Position numbers and translations under genes: made by a program. Shown here piece by piece: positions 24,270-37,490 of a stretch of DNA of 64,000 nt. Origin of the DNA: Glaucostegus cemiculus (taxonomy: Eukaryota); assembly GCA_976551045.1 (NCBI GenBank), contig CDPCPM010000005.1, positions 7,564,001-7,628,000 of the forward strand. The letters run 5' to 3'. How positions within the stretch are numbered: position 1 is the first letter of the stretch; each line of letters begins with the position of its first letter. Below the pieces are notes generated by a model. It worked only from the letters and a program-made list of their open reading frames with translations. It was not told where the DNA came from and did no database searches.

Positions 24270-24690
24270 CAGGCTCATGGCCATCCTTGTGCACCCAGCG
24301 TAAATTGGCTCCCAGTTTGTCATATTTAAAATTTTCATCTATGTGTTCAAATCCCACTGTGGGCTCCCCCAATCTTCCCATATCCCTCCCCAATCTCAGT
24401 GACAATCTCCAACTCTACAATCCTTTAAGAACAATATGCCCCTTGAATTCTTGTGCATCTCCCACAACCTTCAGTGCACCATTTGCAGCTGTGCCATCTG
24501 TAATCTAGGTACAGTCTCTGAAATTCTCGCCTGAAACCTTTTCAACTCACCACCTCATCCTTCAGGTCACTGCCCGGAAGCTACATTTTGGTGTTGGATT
24601 GTCTGCCTTCACGTTTTCTCCCTTGACTTGACATCTGCTTGTGCCTCTGTGAAGCATCTTGGGTGACTTGCTTTTTAATGTGTATGATAT
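24270..24690 (+). mobile_element. L2-type LINE 3' fragment, decayed
   Basis: attggctcccagt...tttaaaattttcatctatgtgttcaaatccc, the remnant of LHWLPV..RI.FKIL..VFKS at the L2 ORF2 C-terminus. Confidence 0.55.
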
Positions 24691-24974
24691 TTATGCAAGT
24701 TGCTGTGGAGAAGATATGCAATCCATTGCTTTTCAATTGGCCCAGTCAATGCAAGCACATTACACCTTCCTGACTCATTATCAAAAGCTCCACTCTGGGT
24801 AACTCACTTGCTCTGCCCGTGTGAGAATTGGCCATAGTTTGCTGTGTCTTCATTCTGTGATATGGGGTCCATTTCTCTCTCTCCACTGGTTGAGCCTGAC
24901 CTGCTGGTCATGTCCCAGAGCCCTGCTGTGAGCAACACAAAGAACTGCAGTTGCCATCTCAACTATCCCCAAGA

Positions 24975-25150
24975 GCCCATTTGATCTGGTCTCTCACCCT
25001 ATCACAGGTATTCCCTTTGTCCTATCCATCCCTCCTGCTATCTTCTTTGCAACATGGTGGAGGGTCTTGGACCTGAACCCATTAACTCTGTTTCTCTTTC
25101 CACATATGCTGCCTGACCTGATGAGTGTCTTGAGCGTTTTCTGGTTTTAC
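24975..25150 (+). mobile_element. Penelope-like terminal fragment
   Basis: agggtcttggacctgaacccattaactctgtttctctttccacatatgctgcctgacctg. Confidence 0.5.
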
Positions 25151-26279
25151 TCAGTCAGAAGCGTCACACATGCGTAGTTCCAAATTCCTATTTTAGTCCT
25201 GACCAGTTAACATCATTCCAAATAGTGATCCACAAATACCATCCACTCCAATAACAAAAATAATTATTATAATTACTCTGCTGTGGAGAAAGAACTGGGA
25301 GCCTTCCTCAGGGCACAAACAAGATGTTTACTTCACCCAAGCGAACATATATTCACTCCACAGTAGTGACACAGAGCCTGATGGGTGGGGAGATTTGTCA
25401 GACGTAAAGGATGAAAGGACTCTGTTTTAATACTCAAGAATTTAAACAATGTTATTTTGTTTGTGGGTAAGGCATGTAATTTTGGTCTGAGGAATTCCCT
25501 TCATACTTAAATACCAAGCATGGAAAGCTCGTGGATCTCTGCTTCCGCTACTAATTTAACTATCTGGAGAAGTCACTCTGCTCTTCTCTGTTCTCTCCCT
25601 CCCTGAAGTTTCTTCTCAATTCAGTGCATTAGGCTTCATTTCTCCCTATATCCACTGCAATCAGACTGATCTAGCTACCGGGATCCAAATGGATCCAAAT
25701 CCACTTTGCCCATTCAACCACCCTCAGCCCAAAGCCCATTCACATTAAAACAGGTCCTTATCCTGCTGTGTAATTTCTCCCTTTAAACCTGTCAGGATCC
25801 TTAAGGTCCAACTGTGGGCACTCTGACACCTCACAGCAAACTCAAACTTAGACAAACCAACAGACATTGAAAGACAATGTTTCAGGAGAAAAAAAAATTC
25901 AAAAATGCAGCACTGTACAGTCTAAGAGGTGGGAGAGAAGTGGCAAAAATGTGTCGATCTGGAGCTGGGAGATAGAAATTTCAACATTTTTGAAATTATA
26001 TTCTAAGGTTTTCTGATGTTTATATTGCCATACAGCTGCATGCTCCTATTTGCCACTCTTCAACCTACTTTGGACCCCTTTGATTGCATAAGATAAACAA
26101 CTTTCGGCCTATCTACATTACTGATATTATTTTGGCCAAACTTACGAAAGGGATACTTTTTGGCTACAACTTTGTTGCTCACTTGTCTCTTAGAAACCTT
26201 TAGTACAGTCAGTCACTCTGGAATCCTTCGTCTGCATCTATTGTCTTTTTGACCTGTCCTAACATTCTTTTACTAATCA

Positions 26280-26590
26280 CCTCTAATTGCCTCCGAATTG
26301 GGGAGGCACTTGAAGACAGGGGCAGGTAGGTGGGGGACAAGGTAGTCTGTAGTCACATATCAACTCAACTGGGTAAGGACAGCAGATTTCATTCCCTAAG
26401 GAAATACTGACATTAGTAGGGGTTGTGCAATAATTCAGTCGTTTCATGGTTACCATTTATGAGACTTGCTTGTAATTCCGGATTTGAATTACTTAAAGTT
26501 CCAGCTGTCATGATGGGATTCAGACTTAGTTTCTGGATCAACAGTCCAGAACTCCTGCTGCTGGTCGGTAACGTAGCTATTGTGCTACCA
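26280..26590 (-). mobile_element. Old SINE family C copy
   Basis: Reverse-strand similarity to 23215-23460 (ggaatgaaatctgctgtccttaccc; tail ggcaattagagg). Confidence 0.5.
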
Positions 26591-27211
26591 ACCCAGCGGG
26601 GTGGGGGGGAAATGCCATTGACATGTTACAGACATAAGGGCAAGGCTTCTGGGTGTGTCTACCCTCCTCCTCCTCCTCTTCCCAGGGCAGTTGTTGTTAA
26701 CAATAACAATGTGATACTTGTCTACAAATGCCAAGGGTATTCCATGATGCTTTTAGCAGCACTCAGCAACTTCCATCCTTTAGTGCAGAGCTGTGGAAAT
26801 CATTGCAGAGGAAGTCGAAGATTATAAACAGTGTCAGCTCACGTTGAACCCAGAGTCTTCTGGCTCAGAGCCCTGTTCGGAACTCAGCCAAAACTGAGAC
26901 CTGATGCAGAGCCAATTGTTAATTTCAACCCTGAGACCAACAAAATGCTGTTCAACAAAGATATAGAGAACAAGTGGAGATCAGGCACAGGCACATTGAA
27001 CAGTGGAACAGGAGTGACAGGTTAAATGGACTACTGCAGTGCTTATTATAAGGAAAGATTTAAGATAATCCACTATTTCCACCAGATAGTAAAGAATGCA
27101 AGGAGGAATTGTGTAACAAGATTCTGAGAGTATGATGGTTTTGGTAGGACATACAGTGAAAAATCATTCTCTGGATCGGGGTCTATGACAAAGAGGCGTT
27201 AAAAGGTGAGG

Positions 27212-27754
27212 AGGGCGGTTCTCTCAAACTATATCATGTCTTAATTTGGAAAAAATTAGGAGTGGTACTGTTGACTCTTCGCTTAAATTTGAAGATATTT
27301 GGAGTCCATTTATTCAATACTTTCACATGATGTAGTTTCCCCTTCTATAACTTCTTTTAATTCAGAGGAACGGAGCTGATGACATTATATTGCTCTGTTT
27401 CTATTGAAAATTTTAGCCCAGTTTTTTTTTCTTGTTTTGTTTTTCTTTCTTTTCAAAATTTTCTGTTCAATTTACTTTGTATTGCTATAATTTTTTTTTA
27501 TCGATTTGGGTTTTTTTCCTGTTTTTTTTCTAATTATATAATAAATATTTTTCTCTCCTATCTTTTACACTATACTTATTAACCAAGAGATTGTTGGAAC
27601 TATTTATTTTATATATATCATACTTTATTGCTTTTTTTAATGATTACCTATGATTGTTACCTGATATCTCTGTAATACATGTGTAAACATTGTTGTTATA
27701 TATATTAACCTGTATTGATTTGTTATCAATAAAAAGATTGAAAAAGAAAGAAAG
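27212..27754 (+). mobile_element. 5'-truncated L1 insertion with an 11-bp TSD
   Basis: Frame 27216-27335 reads FSQTISCLNLEKIRSGTVDSSLKFEDIWSPFIQYFHMM* (fish-type L1 ORF2 C-terminus), then a T-rich 3' UTR, aataaa and an A-rich tail. TSD aaaaggtgagg at 27201-27211 and 27755-27765, at a TT|AAAA site. Confidence 0.85.
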
Positions 27755-27944
27755 AAAAGGTGAGGGGAGATTAGAAGTTTTTTTTAGCTGGAGAATGAAT
27801 TGATCTGCCATTGTTAATCGTTGAGGGCATCTTACCTGTGGGTAGATATTTCAGTTGGGGATGTACATGGGTTTAGGAGAAAACAGCACTGAGTTTTAAC
27901 AACTATCAACATCAACAGTATTTGTTCTTTTTAATTGTTCATTT

Positions 27945-29080
27945 TTGGGATCCAAGTGTTGCTGGCAAGACTAGGCATTTATTACCTCTCCCGAATTGCC
28001 CACGAGAAGGTGGTGCTGAGGTGCCATCTCCAACTCCTGCTGTCCTAGTGAAGGAATTCCAACACTGCTGTTGCACAGGAAGTTGCAGGATTTAGACCCA
28101 GCAATGATGAGAGACCAGTGACATCCTTCCAAATCTTAAGTGTGCGCAAGATGGAGGGGAACGTGTCTGTTCTTGTTCGCTTTGTTGGTAGAGATCACAT
28201 ATTTAAGGTGTTGTTGGAATAGTCTAGGTGAGTAACTGCAGTGCGTTTTGTAGATGGTACACACTGCAGCCACTCTGTGGTGGTGAGTGAATAAATGCTT
28301 AGATTAATATGGTGCCAATCAAGCAGGCTGATTTGTCCAGCTTCTTATGTTGTTGAAGCTGCTCACACCCAGGCAAGTGAAGGGTATTCTATTATTCACC
28401 CGACTTGTGCCTTCAAGATGGTGAAAAGGTAACAGAAGGCGAGTCAGTCACCACAGGACACCCAGCCTCTGATCTACCCTTACAGTCACAGGATTTATGT
28501 GGCTGGTCCAATTAAGTTGCCAGGATATTGACTGTTGGTGACAACGCCAATTAATGTCAAGGGTAGCCTGTTTGAGATGCCTGCCACGTTTATGGTGCAA
28601 ATGTTGCCTGCCACTTATCAACCCGTGAACAAGTGTTGTTCAGGTCTTGTTGCAGGCAGGTATGGGCTGCTTTATTTGCTGAGTAGTTGTGAATAGAATT
28701 GAACATCATGCAATCAGTGAACATCCCCACTTCTGACCTTAAGGAAGGTTGAAGAAGCAGCTGAAGATGGTTGGGCCCGGGACACTGCCCAGAAGAACCC
28801 TATATTAAAGCCCTGTGGCTGGGATGATGGACCTCTGATGACCACAACCATTTTCCTTTGTGTGAAACATGACTCCAACCACTGGAGTGTTTTTCCATTA
28901 ATTTCCACTACATTTAATTTTACCAAGTCCTCTTCATGTGTTCAAATGTTGCCTTGATGTCAAAGGCATTCTCACATCACCTTTGGAATTTAGCTTTTTG
29001 GTCCATGTTTGGATCAAGGTTATGCTGAAGTTTGGAGCGAGTGGTTCTGGCAAATTTTAAACCAAGTATCAGTGAGCAAA
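27945..29080 (-). mobile_element. Old CR1-group LINE, RT to 3' end
   Basis: ORF 28714-28926 KTLQWLESCFTQRKMVVVIRGPSSQPQ is the segment just before the RT PQG motif; tail gctggcaagactaggcatttattacc. Confidence 0.7.
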
Positions 29081-30519
29081 TGCTGTATGACAGCAGCACT
29101 GCCTTTAACATAGCAAGATGCTTGAAGGCTTTTACAAGACCAGTCAGATAACAGATCCAGCAAAGGCTAAGCAGTGTTTTGATAAATCAAGACTTTGTTC
29201 AAGAGGAATCCATGTCAGCAAGCAGAGAGATGATGCATGTACAGGACTTGGTGCAGGATCGGATATAGAAAGCCGAGTTTTGGATGAAGTTAAGTTTTGG
29301 GATGGTGGAAGATTAGAGGCCATTGAGGAATGCAGTGGTATTGTTGTGCTTGGAACTAAGCAGAGCTTGAAAATGAGTTTAAGCAGGCAGAGGCCGTGAT
29401 GGAATAGTTCACATATTTAAAATAAACATTTATCAATTAGAAAGTTATTTACTAGATAACAGTACTTTCTATCAGCTACTTTTAAAGGAAAAATAAAGCA
29501 CAATTTATAATCAAATTTCTCTAACAGTTATAAATCTGCTTTGCCCTTCAGATTTTTTTCTTCTCATCCACATCAAGGTACATACAAGCCTTTCCAGCTG
29601 AGTACAATTTTATGAATTTTTCCCATACACAAACATATTTATTTCTATTTCTTAAAAGAAATGCATTTTCCTTGTAAAGGGATGAGAGAAAGATCAAGTT
29701 CCTAGCCAAGCCCACTCTGAGATAGACATCAGGTCATCACAGAATTAAACGTACAACGGTTTTACAGTGTGTGAAATACGCAACATTCCCACAGCCTTGC
29801 GTCAGTTGCTCAGTGCCCTTATTCCAGACTCCATCCACAACTATACAAATGGGGCATCCCCTGTTGGCAACCCAAGTCTGCAGCTGTCCCGTGCGTGGTT
29901 GTGCCAGCTACTGATCACAATACTTACATTTCCCCTTCCCACACCACCGCCACCAGTTACTCATTAAAAAGAGGGGAAAGAAATTCTAACATTTAGTATT
30001 ATATGAAGAAAACAGATATTTCAACCTTAGCAATGGTCTCTCAATCACTGGAATGAACAATTTTAAAATACTAGGTCATTCTGCTGTAGCCAAGATAACA
30101 CAAATTACAAAGTTACAAGACCAAGTTACACCCTGAATGACTACATAAATCTTTGATACTTAGCAAGTGAACTTTATGACCATTAAAGGGACATTAATCC
30201 ACCTTTGCAGAATAACTCACTCTACTTTACATGCCGATCTTCCAGTCCCACTTAATAAAAGCGGCACAGTAGGAGTTCCAAAAGAAACATGTTAAAGTCC
30301 ATGTATTAGTTTGCACACTTGTCACACTCCAGACAACGGACTTTGACACAGATGTTAAACAATATTAACTATGTTAACTACCTCTCTCCTTCAACGAGAA
30401 ACTAGCATGCACATTCCAATTCGTATAATCCTGCAAGTAACAATTAGATTCTTCAGCTAAGATGGACACACATTTGAAAGGCAAAAGTGCATTGAAGGAT
30501 TTTGAGGAGACTGGAGATG

Positions 30520-31040
30520 GGACATAGACTTGTCAGGGCAGAGGTGTCAAGGGGACTTCTTTGAAGAGTGGAGCAAAGATGCTAGTATTGGAGGAAAAGG
30601 GACAGTACCTCAGAGAATAGAATTGTTCACAAACACAGGGATTGTAAATAGAAATGGTGTAGTCAGCAGTGGTGGGAATTGGGCTGAGGCAGCAGGAGAC
30701 AGTTTAGTGAGGGCATGAATGGAAATTTCAGAAAAGTGAGGGGAATTTGCATTTTCAGGGCTAGGACACAGCAGTAGAAAGAGAAATGGCAGAAGCAGCT
30801 GAACCTATGGTCTCAAATAGTGATGAGCTTCTCATTATTAGAGGTGAGGATGGAGCGGGAGGTTTAAGATGTTTGGAATAGAAATAAAGAAGATGGGGAT
30901 GATTTTGCATTCCTGGATGACCATGCAATATGGAGTGCGGTGAGAGTCGTGTCTGTTGGTGTCCGAGGTGATCCAGCCTTAAAGCTCTTGGAGCAGAGAT
31001 GAGGGTTGGACCAGATGGGCCTGCTAGAGTGGGAGGGAGT
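30520..31040 (-). mobile_element. Decayed L2-type LINE ORF2 fragment
   Basis: Purine-rich plus strand; minus-strand remnants resemble the L2 region between endonuclease and RT. Confidence 0.4.
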
Positions 31041-31504
31041 AATGGTGGGAATAACCCATCCTTCTCAGACACTCTGAGGTTTGTACAAATGGAAGTATCT
31101 CCCTTCAATGAATACTTAGTCACTCTATATTCTTTTAAACTTTGCAATTGTGACTTATTTGGTATAATTGGCTTTCATTTGTGATGTTTTATCCCATGTT
31201 CTTATCAATCATTTGTGGAAAAGACTGTGAAAAGACTGTGAAAAGTCCTAATGAACACATGCTGGGATAACACAAAGAGCTTCCCTTTCTTTAATATGTA
31301 AAATCTCTGCTCATTACATCCCATTACCTCAAATCTTACTCTTTGCAGCATCTCTCAAGTGTGCCACATTCAAAGGCTGTGAAATTCCTGACATTTTATA
31401 ATTGCATTCCTCTTCATCCACTAAGTATTTCCTTGTAAAACATGACTGAATTAACGCATGATGCATCTTGTACTAGTTACAGAGTAGTTTTATGTATTTC
31501 CATA

Positions 31505-31840
31505 TGACATAGGCCATTTCAGCCCTTAGAGAAGATGCTGTCTCATGGAGCAATCTCATTAAACTAATTTTCCCTGTAAGCTATTTTCCCCACCAACAAC
31601 CCCCCCCCCCCCCCCAAAGATTCAACCACTCACCAACACACTAGGGCAATTTATAGTGACCAAATAACCTACTGACCTGCACATCTTTAGGACGCAGGAG
31701 GAAACTAAAGCATTCGGAGAGAACTGGCACGGTCAAAGGGAGAATCAGAGAAACCCTGTGCACACTGCACTGGAGGTCAGCACTGAACTTGGGATCACCG
31801 GATGGTGAGGTAGCAACTCTACCTGCTGCACCACTCTGCT
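31505..31840 (-). mobile_element. Old V-SINE copy containing a poly-C tract (about 31600-31615)
   Basis: Plus-strand gcacatctttaggacgcaggaggaaactaaagcattcggag is the reverse V core; aggccatttcagccc is the reverse CR1-type tail. Confidence 0.65.
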
Positions 31841-32828
31841 GCTTTACATTGTTAAACCTTACTTCATTATTGTCTGAATAGTTTTGATAGTCTACAAATG
31901 TAAGGCTGCATCAGGTTGGCTGACCCTTGCCTCTTCTTTCGAGCACAGATGTTAATCCATGTATCATAAGATATATTCATTTTGTTGATAAATTAATTTG
32001 TTTAATAAATAGATAATTTGCCATTAAAAATATTGGGTTATTTAGGATGTATAAATCCTATAAGTTTAAACGCAATAAATAAATGCAGATATAGATCACT
32101 TAAGAGTCACTTTGAACAGTGGGCTTTAATACAGATCAAAACAGTTGAAGATTGGTACTCCAAAACAAGAATCCAAACATGGCCTATGGCCTGAAAGGAT
32201 CTGCTCACAGATGTATTTGTATACACACGAGACATTCAAACATTATTAGGAGTGAAAAGGTACCATTTTGTTATTGCCAAAAGAATGAAACACATGCCTG
32301 TATAGTTAAAAGGGAACCGAATACAATACAACTGCCACGTAGTTGAAAGGGAAGATTCTGTAAGCATTCTGTCCTTGCTCAGTGTACTCTTATTGCCATA
32401 CTGTAATCCCTAACTATTTAATTTCCTTCAGATGTACCCTAAAAATTAAAACATCATGTTAAATAATACAAGTAATACTCTTGCATCATTGGTAATTGGA
32501 CAATTGTAGCCAGCACTTCCACTACCGGATAGCAGATAATGGGGGAGCATAATATCAGATTAGTGTGAGAACAGAAATAAATCCACCCAAAAAAATCTTA
32601 ATAGCAGTTTTAATAAGCAAAATGTACTGAGGTTTTACTCAACAAGTACACATACATCCTCTTCGAGCTTAAGTTGCTGCACTTCCCTTTAAACATTCAA
32701 CTAGATACACAGAGGAAACCAGAGTTTTTAAAATAGGTGTTCTCAAGGCTTACATTAATTAACTAATCAAAACCGTTTTATTCAACAATCCTTCACAGTA
32801 AATCTCTTGCATGGAATTTAACACTCAC

Positions 32829-33430
32829 CTCAGACTGTTGCCGGGTTTTCATGCCCCACATTGTATATTCTCACCAGAAAACGTGGTTACAGGGTTTCAT
32901 CTGTAATAGTTCCTCCCAAAAACTGAACATGTTTTCTGTAGGTAGGTTGGTCAGGGTACGAGGAAGTCACATCATGGCACACTAAGTGAATACAGAAAAT
33001 CTGTGGTTCTCTTGAACACTAAACAGCTCAGGCTCAGCTTGCATATCAAACAGCTGTTACTTCAAGTAATCAGCCTCCACTGCACTACTTCTCTTTACTA
33101 ATGCCATGGGAATAGTGCATCATACCATGTGGCTAATGGTAATCTGAGTGGTTATCTTTGATGCGCTATTGCAAATCAGGAAGTAGAAAAGCTATTAAGA
33201 ACCTCAACATTGTGCAGCAATGTAATTTGTAGAGCATGTAGTAACATGTCCTGGAGTATCTACTTCCCTGTGGTAATTACCAAATTCTTTTGCTGTTGCC
33301 CTTTGGAAAATATCTGCTCCGAAATGCAGAACTTAATACAATCTTAACAGAAGAAAAATTAAAAACGTTGTGGCTGGCTTGAACCACATCTCTGTAGCTG
33401 TACCTGTGATAATCTACCGGAAAGCAACAT
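32829..33430 (-). promoter_or_regulatory. Candidate promoter and first exon (ATG at 32861, MWGMKTRQQSE, donor GAG|GTGAGT), possibly an IPCEF1-type start
   Basis: Consensus donor at 32828-32823; repeat-free region with GAGGAAGT (32960), TGTGGTT (33002), CAGGAAGT (33177), ACTTCCcTGTGGT (33262-33274), AACCACA (33382). Gene assignment is an inference from synteny. Confidence 0.4.
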
Positions 33431-34202
33431 TGTTGTCACATTTGGAAAGTGGTGTATGGAGAGCGCTATGCCAATTTGTGTTTGGTGGGCTCTCTTAACA
33501 ACCCCCACTTGTCAATGGACATTCAGAAACTCCCCTGTTGGAGACAGGGACAATTTACTGTGGCTTTTCATACTATAGATTTCTTGCAGCTCTTATTTCC
33601 TATTCTTCATCAAATAATTAATGACATCAGGAATGATTAATGAAAATCAACAGCATTAAAAGACTTTATTTTGCACACATCTAGAGTTTGTGAGTGACGG
33701 GCAGGACAGCCCTGGGAAAAGTTGCAACTGGTTCTCTAGCACAATTCACCTAAGCCAGTGCAAAATGACATGTGCAAACTATGCCCAGTATACACTGTGT
33801 GTCTTCTGCTCTGAAGAGTGATAAGTTTGCAGCCAGCCCTGCTTATGAAACTAGTCAGGTCCTCAGATCACAATGACGAGTATAACATTCCTGCTAATTG
33901 GTAGACCTTCAAATTAAGCATTCAAAACAAAATTGCACAAATGCACTTACATCAGTTTTTAAAATGCTTAGAAATACTAATTTATTAATAAACCATTCTT
34001 GTACACCAAAGAAACAAAAAGTTCTCCATAGAGGTTTTAAAGTGGTTTTCAGTTCAAAAGAACAAAAACTCAAGTTTCTGAAAGTTTACAAATTGAATGA
34101 GATTAAAAATCCTCTAACTTTTGTGACAAACCAATTTTTTTTGCTTTTTTAAAAATCCTTAATTATTTCAAAAGAAAACTGTTTACTGTTTTAAAAGTTA
34201 AG

Positions 34203-34465
34203 ACTTACATTTCTGGACCACCTCAGGTTGTCCTAAGTACCTTACAACAACTACTTTAAATATAATAACTGATGTGAAGAGGGTACCATGACAGCCAATC
34301 AACAGCAAGCTCTCACAATGACTGGATAAGAGTTGAGGAATAAATAATGACTGGGACATGGAGAAGAACTTTCCAGTTCTTATTCAAAATGGTTTCATGA
34401 GATTTTTGCATCCATAATTTAACATTGTAATTCAAAGACAACACTTTTGACAGCACAGTCCTCTT
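34203..34465 (-). mobile_element. Deu-domain SINE (SacSINE1/AmnSINE1-like), old
   Basis: gggacatggagaagaactttccagttcttattcaaaatggtttcatgagatttttgcatcc...tttaacattgtaattcaaagacaacacttttgacagcacag resembles the reverse Deu core; shorter relics at about 50225-50290, 52985-53080 and 61115-61210. Confidence 0.55.
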
Positions 34466-34999
34466 GAAGAAGCTTAGTAGTTTTGGGTTTTGCACATGAA
34501 GATGGCTTACATGTTAACATTTTGGGTCTAGTCCCTTCAGATGACTTCTGCTTTTGCTTTGTATTTCCAGTATCCATAGCTCTTTGGTATTTGCTTGATA
34601 TAAATATTGGGTTACACAAACATGCTTCACAATATTTCCTGTATAAGTGCATCAATGCATTTGCATTATTGTGCAATTAAGTGCAGTGCACCACACCACA
34701 TGACACATGGTATGAGTTATTGGTCAGATATATTTCTCAGTGAAATCTATGTAGTATCTTCTTTCAGGCTTCATCTGAGATGTTATATAATTAAAATCCT
34801 TATATTTATTTCAAGAAGACTGTGCAATGTTTAGGTAAAATGATCTACCAATTATTTTGCTCAATGCAGAAATTGAATGGAATAATTAGAGCTCTGATCT
34901 TAAGTTTTTATTTTAGGGGATTTGTTGGAAATTACATCATTTTGTTCAAAACTGAAAACATGGTTTTTCATTAAAATGTGAAAGAGTACAGTCCACTTT

Positions 35000-36620
35000 T
35001 CCTGAGACACCCCACCCTCCCTCCCACTGACCAGTGGAGGATGACTTACTTCAGTGCCACTCCTGTTCTGTTGGTTCTCAGCTGGCTGATGGTATCTATG
35101 TAGGATCAGTAGGTTTGCTCATTTGGGGCAAGAGATGCTTGACACGGCAGGCGTGTGGGTTGTTTGGCTTCTTCTGCTTGCCCACGTTTCTGAGGAGATA
35201 TGAAAAACTCGGTGCCTTTTCGGATGTTTTGTCTCCATAAGAAAGTTCCATTTTCTTTTAACAGATGCTTTGAGAACTTCCTGGACGCATTTCCTCTAGC
35301 ATTCCAAGAGTCCATTGCCACAATAGAGATTGGAGTAGAATGCCCGTTTTCAGAGTCTGGTTTCAGATATGTGAATGAAATGGCCTGTCCACTGGAGTTG
35401 TTGAGTGTTGCTGTGGGTGTTGGCCTGGGAGAGAACACTGACAGCAAGCAAACTAATATCAATGGATTTGGGTGATTTTGCTGGGATGATTGTAGGTTGT
35501 ACCCCTTTGGGGCTTGAGGTGACTACTGTAGGTCAACCCCATTTCTGAAGCATACAGAAAGGTGGGGTAATCTGCTGCTTTGTAGACTATGACCTTAGTA
35601 TCGGTTTTAAGGTCTTGGTTGTTGAACAATTTTGTATTGATGGTCAAAGTCTGTGCTGCAGTGATGAGTTTCATCATTGACATCTGCTCCTCTGAGAGGT
35701 GATTTTTATTATTGGGAAAATAATTCATTATGAACCTTCATTGTTGGGGATATTGTGCAGTAGGGATAGGTTGGTTATAGACCTTTCTATTATGGAAGTT
35801 TACAATAAGGCCTTTTCTTTCAAACTTCATTGAGTGAATGAACAACGACTTGGAGCTTGGCCTCCAAGTATGAACATAGAGAAGTGTCATCTGCATACTG
35901 CAACTTGATGGAGATTGAAGTGACCTTGGTTCTGAAGTGGAGGCGGTGAAGGGTGAAACCGTTTCCATTCATATTGTAAATTTTGTTCAATCTAGCAGGA
36001 AGCTTGCTGGATGAGAGGTGCTTTATTGCATGGCTGTGGTTGGTGGAAGTTGTATAGCCAAGATAGTGTGGTAGAGGGCTTTTGAATGACAGATGTTTAG
36101 GGCAAGGCCCATTCTCTTATATAGCTTTGAGTGCACAGCAGGTGAAGGCGAGGACGATGGAAGGAGGAAAGTGCAAAGTGAGAAGGGCATGCGGCAGTCT
36201 TACTTGATGTTCATGCAGCGGGGCCTGGTCTCCTGCATGGATTCCTTGGCTCTGGCCACAAACTCAAGGCCATCCCATATTACAGAATTCGCCACAACTA
36301 CCCTCCTGTATGGAACTACAATATCAGGACTCTTACGAATAGCTCCAACTGTGACACAGCTGAACTCTGTTATTCTAGCCTGGGAATTTGAACACTTTGA
36401 CATTGACACCCTGAATGACACACAAGAGGTAGGAGACTGCCAGCTCCAAAGAACGAGATGGTGGTCATCCACTTTTCGAAGGGCAAACCAAGATGGAAGA
36501 CGCAACTCATACAGCACCACCCTCACTGAATGGCTGTGAGGAATGACAAGAATTTTAATCCCTGACATCGTCATTGCTAATTAAGCATCAGCAGATGACT
36601 TGGATTGAAGCCACCACAAA
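35000..36620 (-). mobile_element. RTE-clade LINE, decayed and internally deleted
   Basis: Minus strand has LQYADD (about 35885-35905), TKVIVYKAADYPTFLYASE (ORF 35459-35728), RWSGHFIHISETRL-like and endonuclease remnants, all RTE-type motifs. Confidence 0.75.
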
Positions 36621-36910
36621 AGATAGCGTGAAACCAGCCTGAAGCAGCAGCACAAGAGCAACTCAGCAAATTTTTGTGCATCTGCCTCAGGGCAGAGTAG
36701 CTCAGTGGCTTGCTGTTGGTATATTTGTATGAGCAAGGAGTGCATTTTCCCTCAACAACTGAAAAACAGTCCAGTAGGATCTTTTTTTTCCAATTTCTAG
36801 TGTTAACTATCTGTACAAATACATGGAACATGGACAGAAAAAGAACTATGGGTGAATTCACTAAAGCTTGGGTGAGTGTGGATTATTAACCATATATCTA
36901 CTAGATGTGT

Positions 36911-37153
36911 GGGCGGCACGATAGCGTAGCGGTTAGCATGACGCTGTTACAGCGCCAGCGATCGGGGTTCAATTCCCGTCGCTGACTGTAAGGAGATTGT
37001 ACGTTCTCCCGTTTCTGCGTGGGTTTCCTCCGGGTGCTCCGGTTTCCTTACACATTCTAAAAAGACGTACGGGTAGGTTAATTTGGGGGTATAAAATGGG
37101 TGGCATGGACTCGTTGGGCCAAAAGGGCCTGTTACCACGCTGTAAATAAAATA
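36911..37153 (+). mobile_element. V-SINE family B (HE1-like), full length, young
   Basis: gggcggcacgatagcgtagcggttagc...ggttcaattccc (A/B boxes), V core, tail gggccaaaagggcctgttaccacgctgtaaataaaat. Confidence 0.9.
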
Positions 37154-37261
37154 ATTTTTTTTAAATATTAAATTTTTTACATGAATGAGATAAGGGCAGC
37201 AGAAGCTTGGATGACCTGGAATAGGCAAGTCTAGGGACAAGAGTTTAGTACCCAAGTTTAA

Positions 37262-37490
37262 TGCTGACCTTGGGTGTTGTCCATAGGGAGCTTACAAGTT
37301 CTCCCTTTTACTACGTGGGCTTCTGCTGGGTGCTCTGGTTTCTTCCCGAATCCCAAAAAACACACCGGTAGGTTAATCATCTTCTCTAAATTAACCAATA
37401 CTATGGGCAAGTGGTAAAAAGAATCAAGGAAAGGTGCGAGAGAATAAGTTGCAGGGCTAGAGAGAAATAGGAGAGGAGGAAATTTTACTG
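37262..37490 (+). mobile_element. Old V-SINE fragment
   Basis: gagcttacaagttctccc...tgggtgctctggtttcttcccgaatcccaaa V core. Confidence 0.6.

Noticed and set aside
27379-27582. Transmembrane-like F/I/L-rich ORF
   Set aside because: Translation of the T-rich L1 3' UTR.
25681-31245. Short tandem duplications (ggatccaaat x2 at 25681; gaaaagactgt x2 near 31218)
   Set aside because: Ordinary slippage duplications; no spacer structure, not CRISPR-like.
36911-36985. tRNA-like sequence with A and B boxes
   Set aside because: It is the head of a V-SINE, continuous with core and tail; not a tRNA gene.
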